From NCBI RefSeq assembly GCF_009834535.1, contig NC_045696.1, positions 88,290,001-88,354,000 on the forward strand: 64,000 bases of DNA, read 5' to 3'. A model generated the notes under the pieces. It had not been told where the DNA came from. It saw only the letters and a program-made list of their open reading frames with translations, and did no database searches. Position numbers and translations under genes: made by a program. This DNA comes from Camelus ferus (lineage: Eukaryota). This document shows positions 63,745 through 64,000 of this stretch, in pieces (position 1 is the stretch's first letter; each line of letters begins with the position of its first letter).

Positions 63745-64000
63745 TGTCACCGAATTCTCTGTCATTTTCCTGACAAAGAAATGTAGTCTATTTTACCACC
63801 CTCTGGAACGTGGCCTGTGACCAGTCTGACCAAGAGAGAGTGGCGGGAGAGACTCCGTGCCAGTTTCAGACCTGGCCTTTAAGAGGAATGCCAGTTTCCA
63901 CCTCCTCCCTCTTGGAACCCACTGGAAAAGCCCACGTTGGAGGAGAACTGAGGCTCCAGTCAACAGCCATCACCAAATTGTCAGTCATGTGAAAGTTACC
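63745..64000 (+). mobile_element. MaLR LTR (MLT1G/H-like), runs off the window
   Basis: ggcctgtgacc...tgccagtttcagacctggcctttaagagg...ggagaactgaggctcc. Confidence 0.6.

Noticed and set aside
1..64000. CRISPR arrays, operons, other prokaryotic-style systems, or a second intact gene such as NMD3
   Set aside because: The sequence is mammalian. The remaining short ORFs fall in repeats or lack splice and homology support, and no repeat-spacer array or further exons were seen.

Overview
Mammalian genomic DNA, most likely a camelid (inferred from four tRNA-derived SINEs resembling camelid vic-1 and their partner L1 3' ends). The only intact protein-coding region is SPTSSB (serine palmitoyltransferase small subunit B, 76 aa, + strand, 17999-18229), encoded in the terminal exon with a ~1.3 kb 3'UTR. 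A probable upstream non-coding exon derived from an antisense MIR lies at 1313-1405/1409, and exon 1 and the promoter lie outside the window. The rest is intronic or intergenic and repeat-rich. It holds two processed pseudogenes: MAD2L1BP/p31comet (apparently copied from an exon-skipped mRNA and split by a solo LTR) and CISD2 (nested in an old L1 and itself hit by two L1s, one keeping both ends but internally deleted). There is also a degraded ERVL-like provirus with an Arg-tRNA-like PBS and an env remnant, several solo LTRs, MaLRs, DNA transposon relics, and a probable MER121 ancient element in the SPTSSB intron. Repeat family names and parent-gene comparisons are from memory, not from a search. 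I do not see convincing evidence for a new biological system; the best leads are the retrocopies, the exonised MIR with its uORF, and the ERV.
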